DNA of 50,320 bases, counting the filler, from Catajapyx aquilonaris (lineage: Eukaryota), in the NCBI GenBank assembly GCA_000934665.2. It is 3 parts of 3 records of this genome, joined end to end, with 100 filler letters (N's around TTAATTAATTAA, not from the genome) between each part and the next. Parts side by side here need not be neighbours in the genome. Positions count along the whole stretch, not along the records: positions 16,721 to 33,558 come from JYFJ02007152.1; positions 33,659 to 50,320 come from KZ539649.1; 1 more part is not named here. One strand, 5' to 3'. Of this stretch, positions 25,385 through 36,769 are shown in pieces (positions within the stretch are counted from its first letter, which is position 1; each line of letters begins with the position of its first letter). Position numbers and translations under genes: made by a program. The notes beneath the pieces were generated by a model, which was given only the letters and a program-made list of their open reading frames with translations, was not told where the DNA came from and did no database searches.

Positions 25385-25749
25385 ACATGTGTCAACTGAC
25401 AATATTGTTTGAATTATTATAATATACTCACTGCCAATTAATTGCAGTCACATCCAAGGTCGTTGGTCTTCAGCCTGACTGCTTTCATGTTGAAGGTACC
25501 TTGCCATGATGAACTTGCAGAGTATGCGGCTGGTGTCCATGATGGTTCAGCAGCATACCACAAACCCATACTACATAATAAATATAGATATTAGATGCCA
25601 GATTGATTATGCTTTCCCTCCCTATGCTTATATAGGGAGGTGAAATAAAATTGATTGATTGATTATGCTATACAACAAAATTGCTCCAATTTGACTGTGC
25701 ACATTGGTGCACAGTAGAGTCCATTAAGAGGCTTCTCTCAGTTAACTCA

Positions 25750-26037
25750 GGGGGACGCGGTGTTCTGGTGGCTATGCTACTGGCCAGCCAAATGGGTTCA
25801 AATCCCGTCCCCGTCACCTCTGCTTGGTCAGGTCTTTTTCCACTTTTCACCTGACATGTCCAGGCAGGATTGTAGGCCTACTCCCTTCTCTGCCCAGGGC
25901 CAAGAGAAAAAGTCTGGAATTTAAGAGGGTCAGAAATGACTCTATAAGAGCACCCTCCCATGGGAACGTCAAGAGCCCCCAAGAGGGTCCCTGCCCCTAT
26001 CACAGGGTATTACAAACAAACAAACAAACAAACAAAC
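25750..26037 (+). mobile_element. SINE family C
   Basis: GGGGACGCGG head, GGTTCAAATCC B box, ...ATCACAGGGTA + (CAAA)n tail; no clear TSD. Confidence 0.7.
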
Positions 26038-26327
26038 GATCCTGAGTAATGGCTGTTAGTCCTGTTATATATACCAGTACGTCAACATGCTGCAGTTATG
26101 TTACACACATGGTACCTGCACCTCCGGTGTTCCTGGTAATGGTAGCCCACCCACCCACTCCGGATACAAGGATGGCCAATGGTGCCAACAAAAGTGGAGA
26201 ATCTGTCCTTGTGTAAATGATCAAAATATTACACTATAACCAACATCTGACAAGGATCCAAAGAGATGGCTCCAGTGCAACAATGAAGCCAAGTGAATCC
26301 AGCAGCCACATCACAAACCTGAAATTG

Positions 26328-26596
26328 TAATAAAAACAAAAACAATGTAAATAATAAAAATAATAATGGATACCCTGTGAGAGGCCTAGGGGATCATCTT
26401 TTCGTGAACTGACTTTAATCTGCGCTGTGACGGATTTTGATTGCGGGAGGAAACGGGAGAACCCCGAGAAAACCCACGTGAACATGGAGAGAACCCATTG
26501 AAACACTATCGACATAAGTATCATCCGTCCGACCCGGGGATCGAACTCGGGACCTTCGAGGTGGAAGGCTGCAGCACTAACCACCATGTCACCCTC
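26328..26596 (-). mobile_element. SINE family D
   Basis: B box AGTTCGATCC; 17-bp TSD TCACAAACCTGAAATTG at 26311-26327 and 26597-26613. Homologous to 40151-40425. Confidence 0.9.
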
Positions 26597-26926
26597 TCAC
26601 AAACCTGAAATTGGTGAGCCAGTGATGTGATCCAGCACCCCACCTCCAGAGGTGCACTCAGTTTGGTGCTCTGATGTGGATGCAAACTAAATTCTGCAAC
26701 ACAAGTCTGGAAATGTTGAAAACTCATTTGCACTTACTATGTGCACTTAATCAACTGAGTCCTCTCTTCCTCACTTCCCAGCAGTTGACAAATTGTGTCA
26801 CACTTGAACCTTGAGCAGATGTTAATTACTTTCGATGTAGCAGATCCTAATATGTGCGGACCTAGGATATAATCATGATTTCTTCAGAAGAAATATGTGA
26901 CATGGAATCAAGGGCTCATTGTGATT

Positions 26927-28666
26927 TTATTCTTCAAATGGAACAAATTCAGAGGTATGATCAATAGTAATGTTCTGTCGAACTGCCTTGATCTTTCTGA
27001 TGTTAATGATCATCTTTCTCTCTGGGAAACACTCATACAGGTCAAGGTGCTTAATCGGCAGCTCCTTCACCAGATGCAACAGGGCATTAATGGTGATCTT
27101 CTTACATAACTTAATCGACAGACTAGTAAGCAGGGGACATTTGTCAGCGATGCGGTACAAATGCCTGAAATCTGCGCAGCTGTTGGATAGATCAAGAGTC
27201 AGCAGCTTGCCAACGACGTTTTCACGAGAGAGGAACGCCCACAAAGTTGCAGGCGTCATGTTGCGTGCTCCCTTGATAGTGAGTTTCTGCAGGTTTGTGA
27301 GAGTCCCCACTCCATAAAAAAAGTCATAGTCGCTCATCCACTTAGCATCATTTATCTGCAGCTCTTCCAGGAGTGGTAATTTTGCCAGGGCCAAGTAGGA
27401 CTCAGTCTTTGTCAACCTGCGCACCCTCAGTTTTCTCAGTTGACCTCCACAGGCTGCGACAACAAATTCAAATTCATTGTCACCCTCATACGAGCTCAAG
27501 GAGACTTCCCTCAGTGTGTCCCACTGCCTAGCGACAGACATGTCTGGTGTGTCTGTCATGAACACTGGCTCCCTGAATAAAAACTTGCTCACGCTCCACT
27601 CTGTAGGCAGACAGTTCAGAGGGTGGCGACTTCCATCTGAAAGAGTGAGGAGGAATTGGAACATTGGTGTGTGAAATCAGATGAAACAATTTGATGCTGT
27701 ACCTTTCGGTACCACCTCAATAGACAGCTCTGTGATCTTGGCACACTTTGCCATTACGTATGCCAAGGCTGAACCACCGGTATAGCCTTCACCTATGGTA
27801 AGTGATTCAAGGTCAGGAAGACAGTCTCCGATGGCAATCAGAATGGGATCAATCATCTTGCGATTCCATCCATGGAGTTCAACTTTTCGGACATTTTTGT
27901 TCAGAGCTCTGACCACCAGCTCTGCCCTTTGAACGGTCAGCTCTCTGCCATGCAACTTGACATCTTTCAACATAGAAAATCCCACCTTGCTCCAAGAAGA
28001 GCAAACCAATGCAGCACCCAACAGGTCGTCTTTGTTGAGATATGAAAATATCTCCATCAGCACCTCTGGTGGGAGTCTAGCTCCAATTGGTTGGTTTCCC
28101 TGAAATAAAAGATTGGGTGATAAAATTGTCTTGACTGAAAATGTTCACCTTACCTTCTTCCTTTTGACAACAGATTGCTCTTCCTTCCCTGCAATGTCAG
28201 TTGCTTGACTATTGTTTCCTTTAAGCGCAACACCTGAAGGCATATCAGATGCCTGACTTTTGCAACTGTCTTCGGGAGGATCCACACTTTGGAACTGGCC
28301 TTTAGGGGTGGCCTTCTGCTTCCTGCCCTCGGTGCTTGCAGCTGTCTTCTTCTTAGGCGTGCTCTTTGCTGGAACCGATACTTCCCCAGTGTCTCGCTTT
28401 GCTGGACTTTTGCTTCTCTTCTTGGGAACATCAGCAGATGCCTCAGACAGGGCTTCTTGTGGAGACATTCGCTTCCTACCAGCTCCCTTGGAGCATGCTC
28501 CTTTCTCTCCCTTCAGTCGACATTCATCTGGAGATTCTTCTGATGAAGTACCATCCTTCAACATTGACTTGTGAGACAGATTCACTCCGTTTACAGAAGT
28601 GCTTTTCATAGTTCCAGCGGTCTTGGCCTCCCACTTCCGGCCAGATGCACTGGAACTTGAAGCCAT
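26927..28666 (-). CDS. F-box/LRR-repeat protein (FBXL-like), 539 aa
   Basis: Exons 28666-28154, 28099-27703 and 27636-26927 join in frame through GT-AG introns of 54 and 66 bp (1620 nt). Lys/Ser-rich disordered N-terminus; F-box LPPEVLMEIFSYLNKDDLLGAALVCSSW; cysteine-containing LRRs (CPLLTSLSIKLCKKIT). Confidence 0.9.
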
Positions 28667-28867
28667 GGGTCTCTGTCACCAAATTCCCTATGAAATAAAT
28701 TGGTTAGCATCAAACTGATTCCATGATTTCAATAGGGGCAACCACACGCCACACACCAACAACCCTGGACAACACATTGCATTCTGCCTGACCTGCTCCC
28801 AGGAAAAGTGTAATACAGATTCTTAACCCTTTCGTGTGACCCAGTATTGTTGCTCTCCAGATTATAT

Positions 28868-29177
28868 AATAATAATAATAATAATAATTTGATACCCCAT
28901 TATCAGCCTACGGGCTTTCCTAGGGGGGGATTTCTCCCAATTTTTTGTCTGGAACTCTTCCATTTTTACTATTTTTCTCATCACCGGAATGAAGCAGGGA
29001 AAGGGAAGGAAGGAGGCGGCTGTGGCCTATATTACGGTAATGACCCCGGAATTATCCTGCAAGGACCATGGGAAACCACAGAAAACCATGGTCAGGGTCG
29101 CCGGCCTCCGGGATTCGAACCCAGGACCTCCCGATTAGCAGTCGGACACCATACCACTACACCACTACTGCTTCGGT
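28868..29177 (-). mobile_element. SINE family A, full length
   Basis: A and B boxes, (ATT)n tail; 15-bp TSD CTCTCCAGATTATAT at 28853-28867 and 29178-29192. Confidence 0.92.
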
Positions 29178-29524
29178 CTCTCCAGATTATATGTGCCTTT
29201 ACAAGGAAGGGCTAATGCAGCGGTTCTCAACCTTTGCCACATCGCCCCCCCCNTGCCACATCGCCCCCCCCCCCCCCCCCCCCCCCATCTAGGCACTATG
29301 ACAGCATTACGACTACTTCACTACTAGTAAGTAGTTTAGGAATGTAGCCTACAGAAGTACCAGAGCTTATTCTAATAAATTTTCGGAACCGGATTAAGGC
29401 ACGTTCAACTTGTCGTAATAGGGCAAAATAATGAGCAAAGTGCCGGTAAGCCTGGCGCAGGCGAAATTTATTTATGGTTCAAATTCACACAAGCTTAGGT
29501 GACTGTAACTGGCATAGTTAGTTT

Positions 29525-29840
29525 TGCACAGTTTTACTAATACAGTGCCTTCAATTATGAATTTTCATTAATTTTGGGACTTTGTGTCCCTTCGATTTGC
29601 AGGATTTTGCTAATATGGTGATTTCAATTATTAATTTTATTGTTTTTGGCACTTTGTCGCTTCATTTTGGAGAGTTTTGCTAATATGACGCCTTCAATTA
29701 TGTTAATTTTTTGGCACTTTGTATTGCAGGCTAATGCAGTCCTTTCAGTTATCAATATTTCATTGCTTTTGGCACTTTATGTTGCTTCACTTTGGAGAGT
29801 TTTTGCTTTCAATTATTTTTATTTTTTAATTTTGGCACTT
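29525..29840. repeat. Degenerate AT-rich minisatellite, about five units of 55-70 bp
   Basis: Recurring CTAATA..TTCAATTA..TTTTGGCACTTT motif. Confidence 0.65.
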
Positions 29841-30564
29841 ACATTGCTCTCGTTGTGCAACGCATATCGGCGGCGGAGGATTATTTCATAGATTATATTT
29901 TATTAATATTAATCATTTCGTTGTTTTTATGAGGGGAGGTACCTGAAGACACTAGAGGACAGTGATGTAACTTTTTTTGGTTTTTCCAGCCCCTAGACAT
30001 AGCCTTATCTGGTTTCCCACCCCATACACACACACTCCTGGCTACAGCTCCACAAAATAGGGGTCAAGGGGTCAATATGAGCAGTTCATTTCATGTAGGT
30101 TTATCGTAAATTGGGGTGGGCTACCTATGCAACAAATTTGAAGAAAATCGGTTGGGAACTACGGGAGAAGCTAACTTGACCTGTATCCTGTTGCAGTTTC
30201 GGTCATGTGTTGCAATAAAGATAAGCGTCATTTTACTTACTTACTTATATTACTTATATTGCTTATTATTGGGGCAGTATTGTCCATTATATTTGTGCCA
30301 GACGACAGACGAGTTCAAATAATCGCGCCTGTATTTTACTTCTACCCATTCTAATTGAGATGGAAGCACTTACCGTTTTGAGCCAGTGATAAGCTAATCT
30401 ATGGTTATTCGAATCTCAGCATTCCAAGAGAAAGTTTATCCATTTATCTCCTTTTTGGTTTTGTTATATTTTATTTCGTTCAATCAGGGAGCTCCCTGGG
30501 GCTATTGTTTAAAACCACGGTCATGGTTTTAGAAGACTCAGGTTAGGTCACTCCCACCCATCCC

Positions 30565-31176
30565 CTGCCGAGGCGTTTTGCAGCGGGTGCTCACCTGCGG
30601 CGCCCATGTTGGGCCCACATGTAGCGCTTCCCTTTTGTACCTATAGAGTTCAGCCTAGTCCGGTAGGGTCGCCACATAATTGCTCCGGGAAATGTCTCAT
30701 GGCGCTCTCAGGTGAGCACCCGCTGCAAAACCCCTCGGCAGGCGATAAGCTCAGAATGTAGTGTAAGTGTCTGGGGGCTGACCACGGTCATATAAGTAAG
30801 GTCTGGTCTAGCCCCCGGACATTACCCCTGCAGTCTGCTCTTATCACCTGCCGACGCATTTTGCAGCGGGTGCTCACCTGAGAGCGCCATGAGACATTTC
30901 GGGGCCCAGGTAAGTGGCGACCCTACCGGACTAGGCCGAACTTTATATAGGTACGAAAGGGGAGGGCTACATTGGGGGGCCCAACATGGCCGCCGGCGGC
31001 CATGTTGGGCCAGCATGTAGCGCTTCCCTTTCGTACCTATAAAGTTTCAGCATAGTCCGGTAGGGTCGCCACTTACCTTGGCCCCGAAATGTCTCATGGC
31101 GCTCTCAGGTGAGCACCCGCTGCAAAATGCCTCGGCAGGCGATAACGCCAGAATGTAGTATAAGTGTCCGGGGGCT
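30565..31176. repeat. GC-rich fold-back element (30810-31176) preceded by an internally deleted tandem copy (~30565-30780)
   Basis: Arms ~180 bp; spacer-less perfect 34-bp palindrome at 30978-31011. Confidence 0.85.
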
Positions 31177-31242
31177 GTTCAAAACTTACAGGATAGAACC
31201 TTCTAGGCCCTAGGGTGAGCAAGAGTCGAATCCATGACCATG

Positions 31243-31585
31243 ATGGTGAGTTATTATCAGAAATTATCAGTAATTGTTCCTTCACCATGAGTGCAATTGC
31301 ATTGTTACGTACAGCCAAAATAACATAAAATGCTCATTATTACAGGGTCATACCATCATGCTCGTACAGGCCGACACGGCTACTAGCAGGACTTACTGCG
31401 ATTATGAGAATGTCGGTGATTGCAACGAAGGTAAGTAGTCTACACTTGGTAATCAATTTAGAGTAGGCCTAATATTTAATCGCTTATGTTGCAGGTGTTT
31501 GTCGGTTGTACGAGAAGCATCTGAAACAACAGTGGGGCATACGGTAATTTACCCCTCTGTACGGTATACGGTAAAATCGCTTTTG
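31243..31585 (+). pseudogene. ERH: Divergent enhancer-of-rudimentary (ERH) paralogue, disrupted in exon 3
   Basis: ATG|gtgagt at 31243-31245; exon 31346-31430 GHTIMLVQADTATSRTYCDYENVGDCNE-G|gtaagt; exon from 31495 GVCRLYEKHLKQQ, TAA at 31545. Intron positions match those I recall for animal ERH. Confidence 0.85.
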
Positions 31586-31960
31586 TGTACTCAAAAATAA
31601 AATAAAAATAAATTAATATAATAAAAATATATCCGACGTGCTTACAGTATAGGAGGATTCCACTGTTCTCTGTCAGTTACATTCACCTAAGCTTGTGCGA
31701 CCTTGAACAAACAAACAAAAATTTTGCTCTCGCTTTACTTTTTGCAGCGGGTTGCACATTGTGCAGTTCTGAAAATTCCTTAGACATATTTGACCTGTAT
31801 CTAAGATTTTCCCCCTTCCTTCAATAAATGCCATGTTTTAAAATGTACGGTAATTCTAGGGTAAATCCGGCTATTTTGACTTGTGACACGGTAGTTTCTA
31901 CGGGTCAGGTTGGCAACCCTGTGGGTGTAACAAAAATCGCATCGCAAGAAAAATGACTGA

Positions 31961-32620
31961 GGGTCATTCCATGTCAATCCTGTAAATGATGGTAGCTCGA
32001 CCCCTTCCGATATAACTGAAAAAATCATGTAGGTATTAGGTATCGACACCTTATTGCGAAATCCTAAATTTGAGGTCGCTCGAGTCAAATCTCACGGAGA
32101 TATAACAACGGAAAGTTCAACAATGACGTCCATGTAAAGTATTTTTAACTGTTCAGACTGTTCTCCCAACTCCAACATGTTACATATCAAATGGAAGGTA
32201 ATCAAGAGAGGAATAACATGGTTACAAAATATTCGACCTAACTCAAAAAACGACGTTGCAAAAAATTCGCACATATATGTCCAAATCACTCAATATTCCC
32301 AATAGCCGTAACCCATAACGTTATGATTTTAACAAAGTGATATTTAGGATACAGGGCAATCACCTTTGCCTAAATGCACATGCAAAACCTCAGTGTGATA
32401 GGTCAAGCAGGGTTGGAAATAAAAATTCCCGAAAATATGAATTACCGCATATCCCCGATTTTCGAGCTCAAATTTCTCCAGGTAGGACTGGACCAATTAT
32501 GAGTTTTGGCATGTCCATAGATTCTTTGGATCATCCCCTATTCACAAATCCATATGGAAAAGATGTGTTCAAGAAGGGTCCCGAGTAGTGGTCCACGGCG
32601 AAGTACGGAGCCTCATGGAA
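31961..32620. mobile_element. Left part of a GGGTCATTCCATGTCA-terminated DNA element; right boundary uncertain
   Basis: Shares a 16-bp terminus with the element at 14083. Confidence 0.45.
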
Positions 32621-33473
32621 AAATTCCGCAGTGTCGCCACCGTCTATGCGAGTTTAACATGGGAAAGCGCCACTGCGGCCATTTCTGTAACTAGTAAATA
32701 TGCGTGGGAAGAGTCTCCAGCCAATCAGGAGGCTCGGCGAGAAGCTACGCTTTGAAAAGCAGCGGCGGCCCCCCGCGGCAGTGGCAGCACCGTCGCCCGA
32801 GTTGGCGAAATAAAAATCCCCTGCAGCGGGCGCCGACTACTGTCCCGGATTCACTTGAAAACAGGGAGCTCCGGGAGCAAGAGCTGTGCTCCAGGAGCCC
32901 CTGAAAGAGCTGTGTCGAAGGTGGCCATCAACACAGCCTCAGTCATCGTGTGAGGGGATCACTCTGTAACTCTGACTGTCCTATCCTATTTGTTACAAAT
33001 AGCTGTGGGTGATATGCACACAATAATGCATGACCACCTGCATATGAGGCATGTATCGGCTGTGGCAGGAGCTCCTGGAGCGCCCTGTTTACAGGTGAGT
33101 TGGGAACCCCCCTTGAACGTATTAAAACAATGGAGTGCCGTACTATCAGGCAGAACATGTTCTTTACACTCCTAATTCAGCGTGGAGCAGGACTCACTGA
33201 TTGTCTTTTTGCTGAGGGGAAAGCATAATTTCAGCCCGGCGTACTGTACGTGTCGACACCATGACTTGGTGGTGGTGGTGGTGTTTGTGCTGCCCCAACA
33301 CCCACATGATGCGCAGTAGACGTCTGCGCATAAGCATGCACATCCATCTTCGATAGACGTACTTAAATATATCACCATCATGAGAGTACTTCTTATACTT
33401 TCTCATTTAAAAAATCATGATCAGTCTTTACTGAAAGGCCCTCGTGTGTGTGTGTGTATTGTGTATATATATA

Positions 33474-33558
33474 CAGGGTGTCTATTGTAACTCTGCAAAG
33501 ACTTTCAGGGATAATAGAGGGGACCAAGACAAGTATTTTTGACATAGGAACCCGTGTC
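33474..33558. mobile_element. Left end of a Tc1/mariner MITE, cut by the gap
   Basis: TA-CAGGGTG...AATAGAGGGGACCAAGACAA...GACATAGGAA.CCGTGTC, shared with 16818-17361. Confidence 0.8.
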
Positions 33559-33658
33559 NNNNNNNNNNNNNNNNNNNNNNNNNNNNNNNNNNNNNNNNNN
33601 NNTTAATTAATTAANNNNNNNNNNNNNNNNNNNNNNNNNNNNNNNNNNNNNNNNNNNN
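33559..33658. other. Assembly gap with artificial linker
   Basis: N run containing TTAATTAATTAA at 33603-33614. Confidence 0.97.
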
Positions 33659-36600
33659 CCTTCAAAAACTCCGTCATCAAAGGGTTAACGCAGTTGATGC
33701 ATATACGTAAAGGTGTAAAGGACTATAACTTTTTAATGTAGAATATAGGTCCACGAGGCACCAAAGGACGATCCTCATATTCTTAAAACATTTATCAGTT
33801 GCTTCATTCAGCAAACAATTCAGTATCATTATTCATGCTGGATATCTAGTGAATAGTTGGCTCAATATTTTACCAGTCACAATGCAACGGAAACACCCGG
33901 TTCTAGGGAATGGAGGCACATGCTTCGCCAACACAATTCGGCCTGAAATGTAACTTGGGGGTCGTATATCAAACAGAAAATGAGACTTCCTTTAAAAGCC
34001 CGTCGAGATTCAAACCGGTACAAAAGAGACTGATGCTACAGTGACAGCTTTGAAAGATTCTCCCAAGAAACCCGACACTATCTCTCTTCCCGCAGCCGAG
34101 ACCCATTCCCGTGCCATGTAAAGTCCTAAGCGAAAAGGCGGTCAATAATGAAATTGACCACCTGGCATAGCGATAGCGACGGAAACTTAACCTAACTTCC
34201 TTCACATTGCACGGATATTGTAATTCTATACGTGTATGGCTACAAAAACTATTATTGTTTATTATATAGGAGAGGTTATAAACTTAATTGAAGTTAAATT
34301 TTTCCGCAGCTGCTTGTTATATAAAGCAGTTAATATCGAACTGTAACTTGAAGGGGCTCTCAAAGTGATAGTTATAGAGTGAATGCCTTTCAGGCACTTC
34401 AGTTGTTCACTCAGCACAAAATGGGTTCAGTTTATGACCAGTGATGGTGTTCTCAATGGAGTCAAGGATAGAATGTCAATGAGTCCAGCTTGGTAATTCA
34501 TTTAGCTCTAAACATTCAACATAATAGGCTAATGGCTTAATAATTTGTTAGAATTCCATAATGGTGTCTTTCTAAATTAACTGGTTACTAATAAAAAGTC
34601 TATAGCTCAATTTTGTGAGCTAAAGCGCCGGCTACATGAATTTGGAGCACTTTGCATATACACAATTAAAATATTTCAGAAATACAACTTGTGTCGCATT
34701 TTAATAATATTTATCTCAGTCTTGACATTATTTTCGCATACACAAAGCATTTCCACGCTCACTCTGCCCATTACAAGCAAATAGTAATAGTATGGCTGAA
34801 TGTGAGGCTCGATCTGAGGATATATACCTCTGGGAATCGTTATGACTCACGCTATAGATTTCTGAAAGTAGCTATTTCTATTAAGTAGCAATATTTGATG
34901 TTTATTTTCTGCGATTCTCTTGATAGTGCTCCTTGAAGGGACAGACGCCCCAGAGATAACTGTATCACATTTCAAGAGCATGCACATTTTCGTTTATTTA
35001 TCTACAATCTCGACTGTTTCTATTTTGGCGTCTTATCTACTGGATTTTGGGGGGAGGGGAGGAAAGCCGTATTGTTATCAGTCAACAAACGTGTTTCTTA
35101 CGAATATAGATTATGATACATTCTTAGGTAGGCCTATAGATGAGCATAAATTGCATAGTAGTCACATTTGGGTAGCCACCCTAAAAATGATTTGTTCAAA
35201 AGTTATTATTTTCTTAAAACGTAACCAGTATACTGTACTTCATACAGAATATTAGGCTAATATGCAGTATTTCAGTACAGACTCGGATGATTTGTCTTGC
35301 ACCATGTCCTCCGTAATGTCCATTATGACATCAGTGTAGAGATGGATAGTAATCACTGTCATCTAAGGAAATACTTTGGAAGTTAGCTGTCACTCTAGAA
35401 ATTTAGTGCCATAATTTACTTTATGTCTTGTACAGTATGTGCAGAGGCGCAGTGTAGGGAACACACGAAAAGGAGATGGTTAGGTTTTATAGAGTAGAGA
35501 GAGGTAGTAGAGTGACTTCTCAAACTGCGTCAATTTCCTATTCGGCATGAAAATGCACCTGTTAAGATCATAAAGTTTTACTGCACAGCTTCATGGCGAA
35601 TGGTAAGCACGTTTGCAGCACGCATACTCTACAGCAGGAATATACAGTCTATATACTCTCTCATTCGCCTGCTGCTTTCACCCCTGACCTTCTTGCCTGA
35701 CTCGTTTAGTGCAGGGTGGGAATAAAATGATCGTAACTCTAGGGAATATGCACATCCTTTCATAAAATGAGTTTAATCAGATTCGTATTATTGTGTTCTC
35801 ATTGCATATACGGTACATTTTGGAAGCCAGTTTTCCACTTCAGGTTGTTTTTATTACTTTGAAAACGGTCATTACGTCTTCAAATCTCGCTTGGATGACC
35901 TGACTGGGCACACGTCAAAAAGCAACAGCTACTTAGTACTCCATTGTCGATCATACATTACAAGTGACATGTCGAATATCGTTCTGGTACAGTTCAGACA
36001 CTGCTGATTTCCCCATGGTCGAAAACTTTCTGGATATCCGCACTGTTATTGTTCTAGCTGACGGGAAGAGTCCTTCTGGTTACTTCATATAGCATTCTGT
36101 AACGTTAAGCGTACAGAAAAATAAAGTTATGCTTATTGAGCAACTTTTTTACTGTACCTTTTCAAAGGAATTTCTCCTCCTTTCTAACTTTTCTCCCACT
36201 ATAGGTAGGCTTCATCTGTCTCCTGGACGATGCCATAGGAAGCTGGATTCCTTCCTTGGTCATGATTAGATGATTCATTGTACGGCACTTTAAAGGCTCT
36301 TTGGGCCTTCTTCCATATTAACCAGCCAGTGCAGCTGTAAAATGACAGGAAATGGCCAGAAAAGGCAGTCCTTGTGATGACCTTAGGATAATACTGCACA
36401 TCAATACTCACTTGCTTCCATTGTTCAAGTGGCCAAGACGATGGCATTAATCAAACTCTCACATTCGCGCCTCACACATTCCAATGCACACGCTTTAATA
36501 CCACACATTCTTAGTGGGGGCAATGAAGGGAAACGCTTCAGTAGCAAAACTACAGAATACACCCTGAATAATTAGACCAGCGATAATAATCAACAATTAC

Positions 36601-36769
36601 CTACGTTACATGCTAAGTTCCTGTAACACTTAATAGTAAGCAACATTAATAAATTGATTTGTACAGTCCATTTGCATCGATAATAAATTGCGCCAAACAC
36701 TTCACATAGACAATATAATTATTACTGTACATTGAAAAGGTGTAACAGCATAAAAAGAATTCTGCTCAC

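Noticed and set aside
33172..33406. Short His/Cys-rich ORFs with a splice donor
   Set aside because: No recognisable homology; lies in repeat-rich sequence next to a gap.
33960..34035. YIKQKMRLPLK as a possible ERH last exon
   Set aside because: Upstream stop, no compatible acceptor, and similarity too weak.
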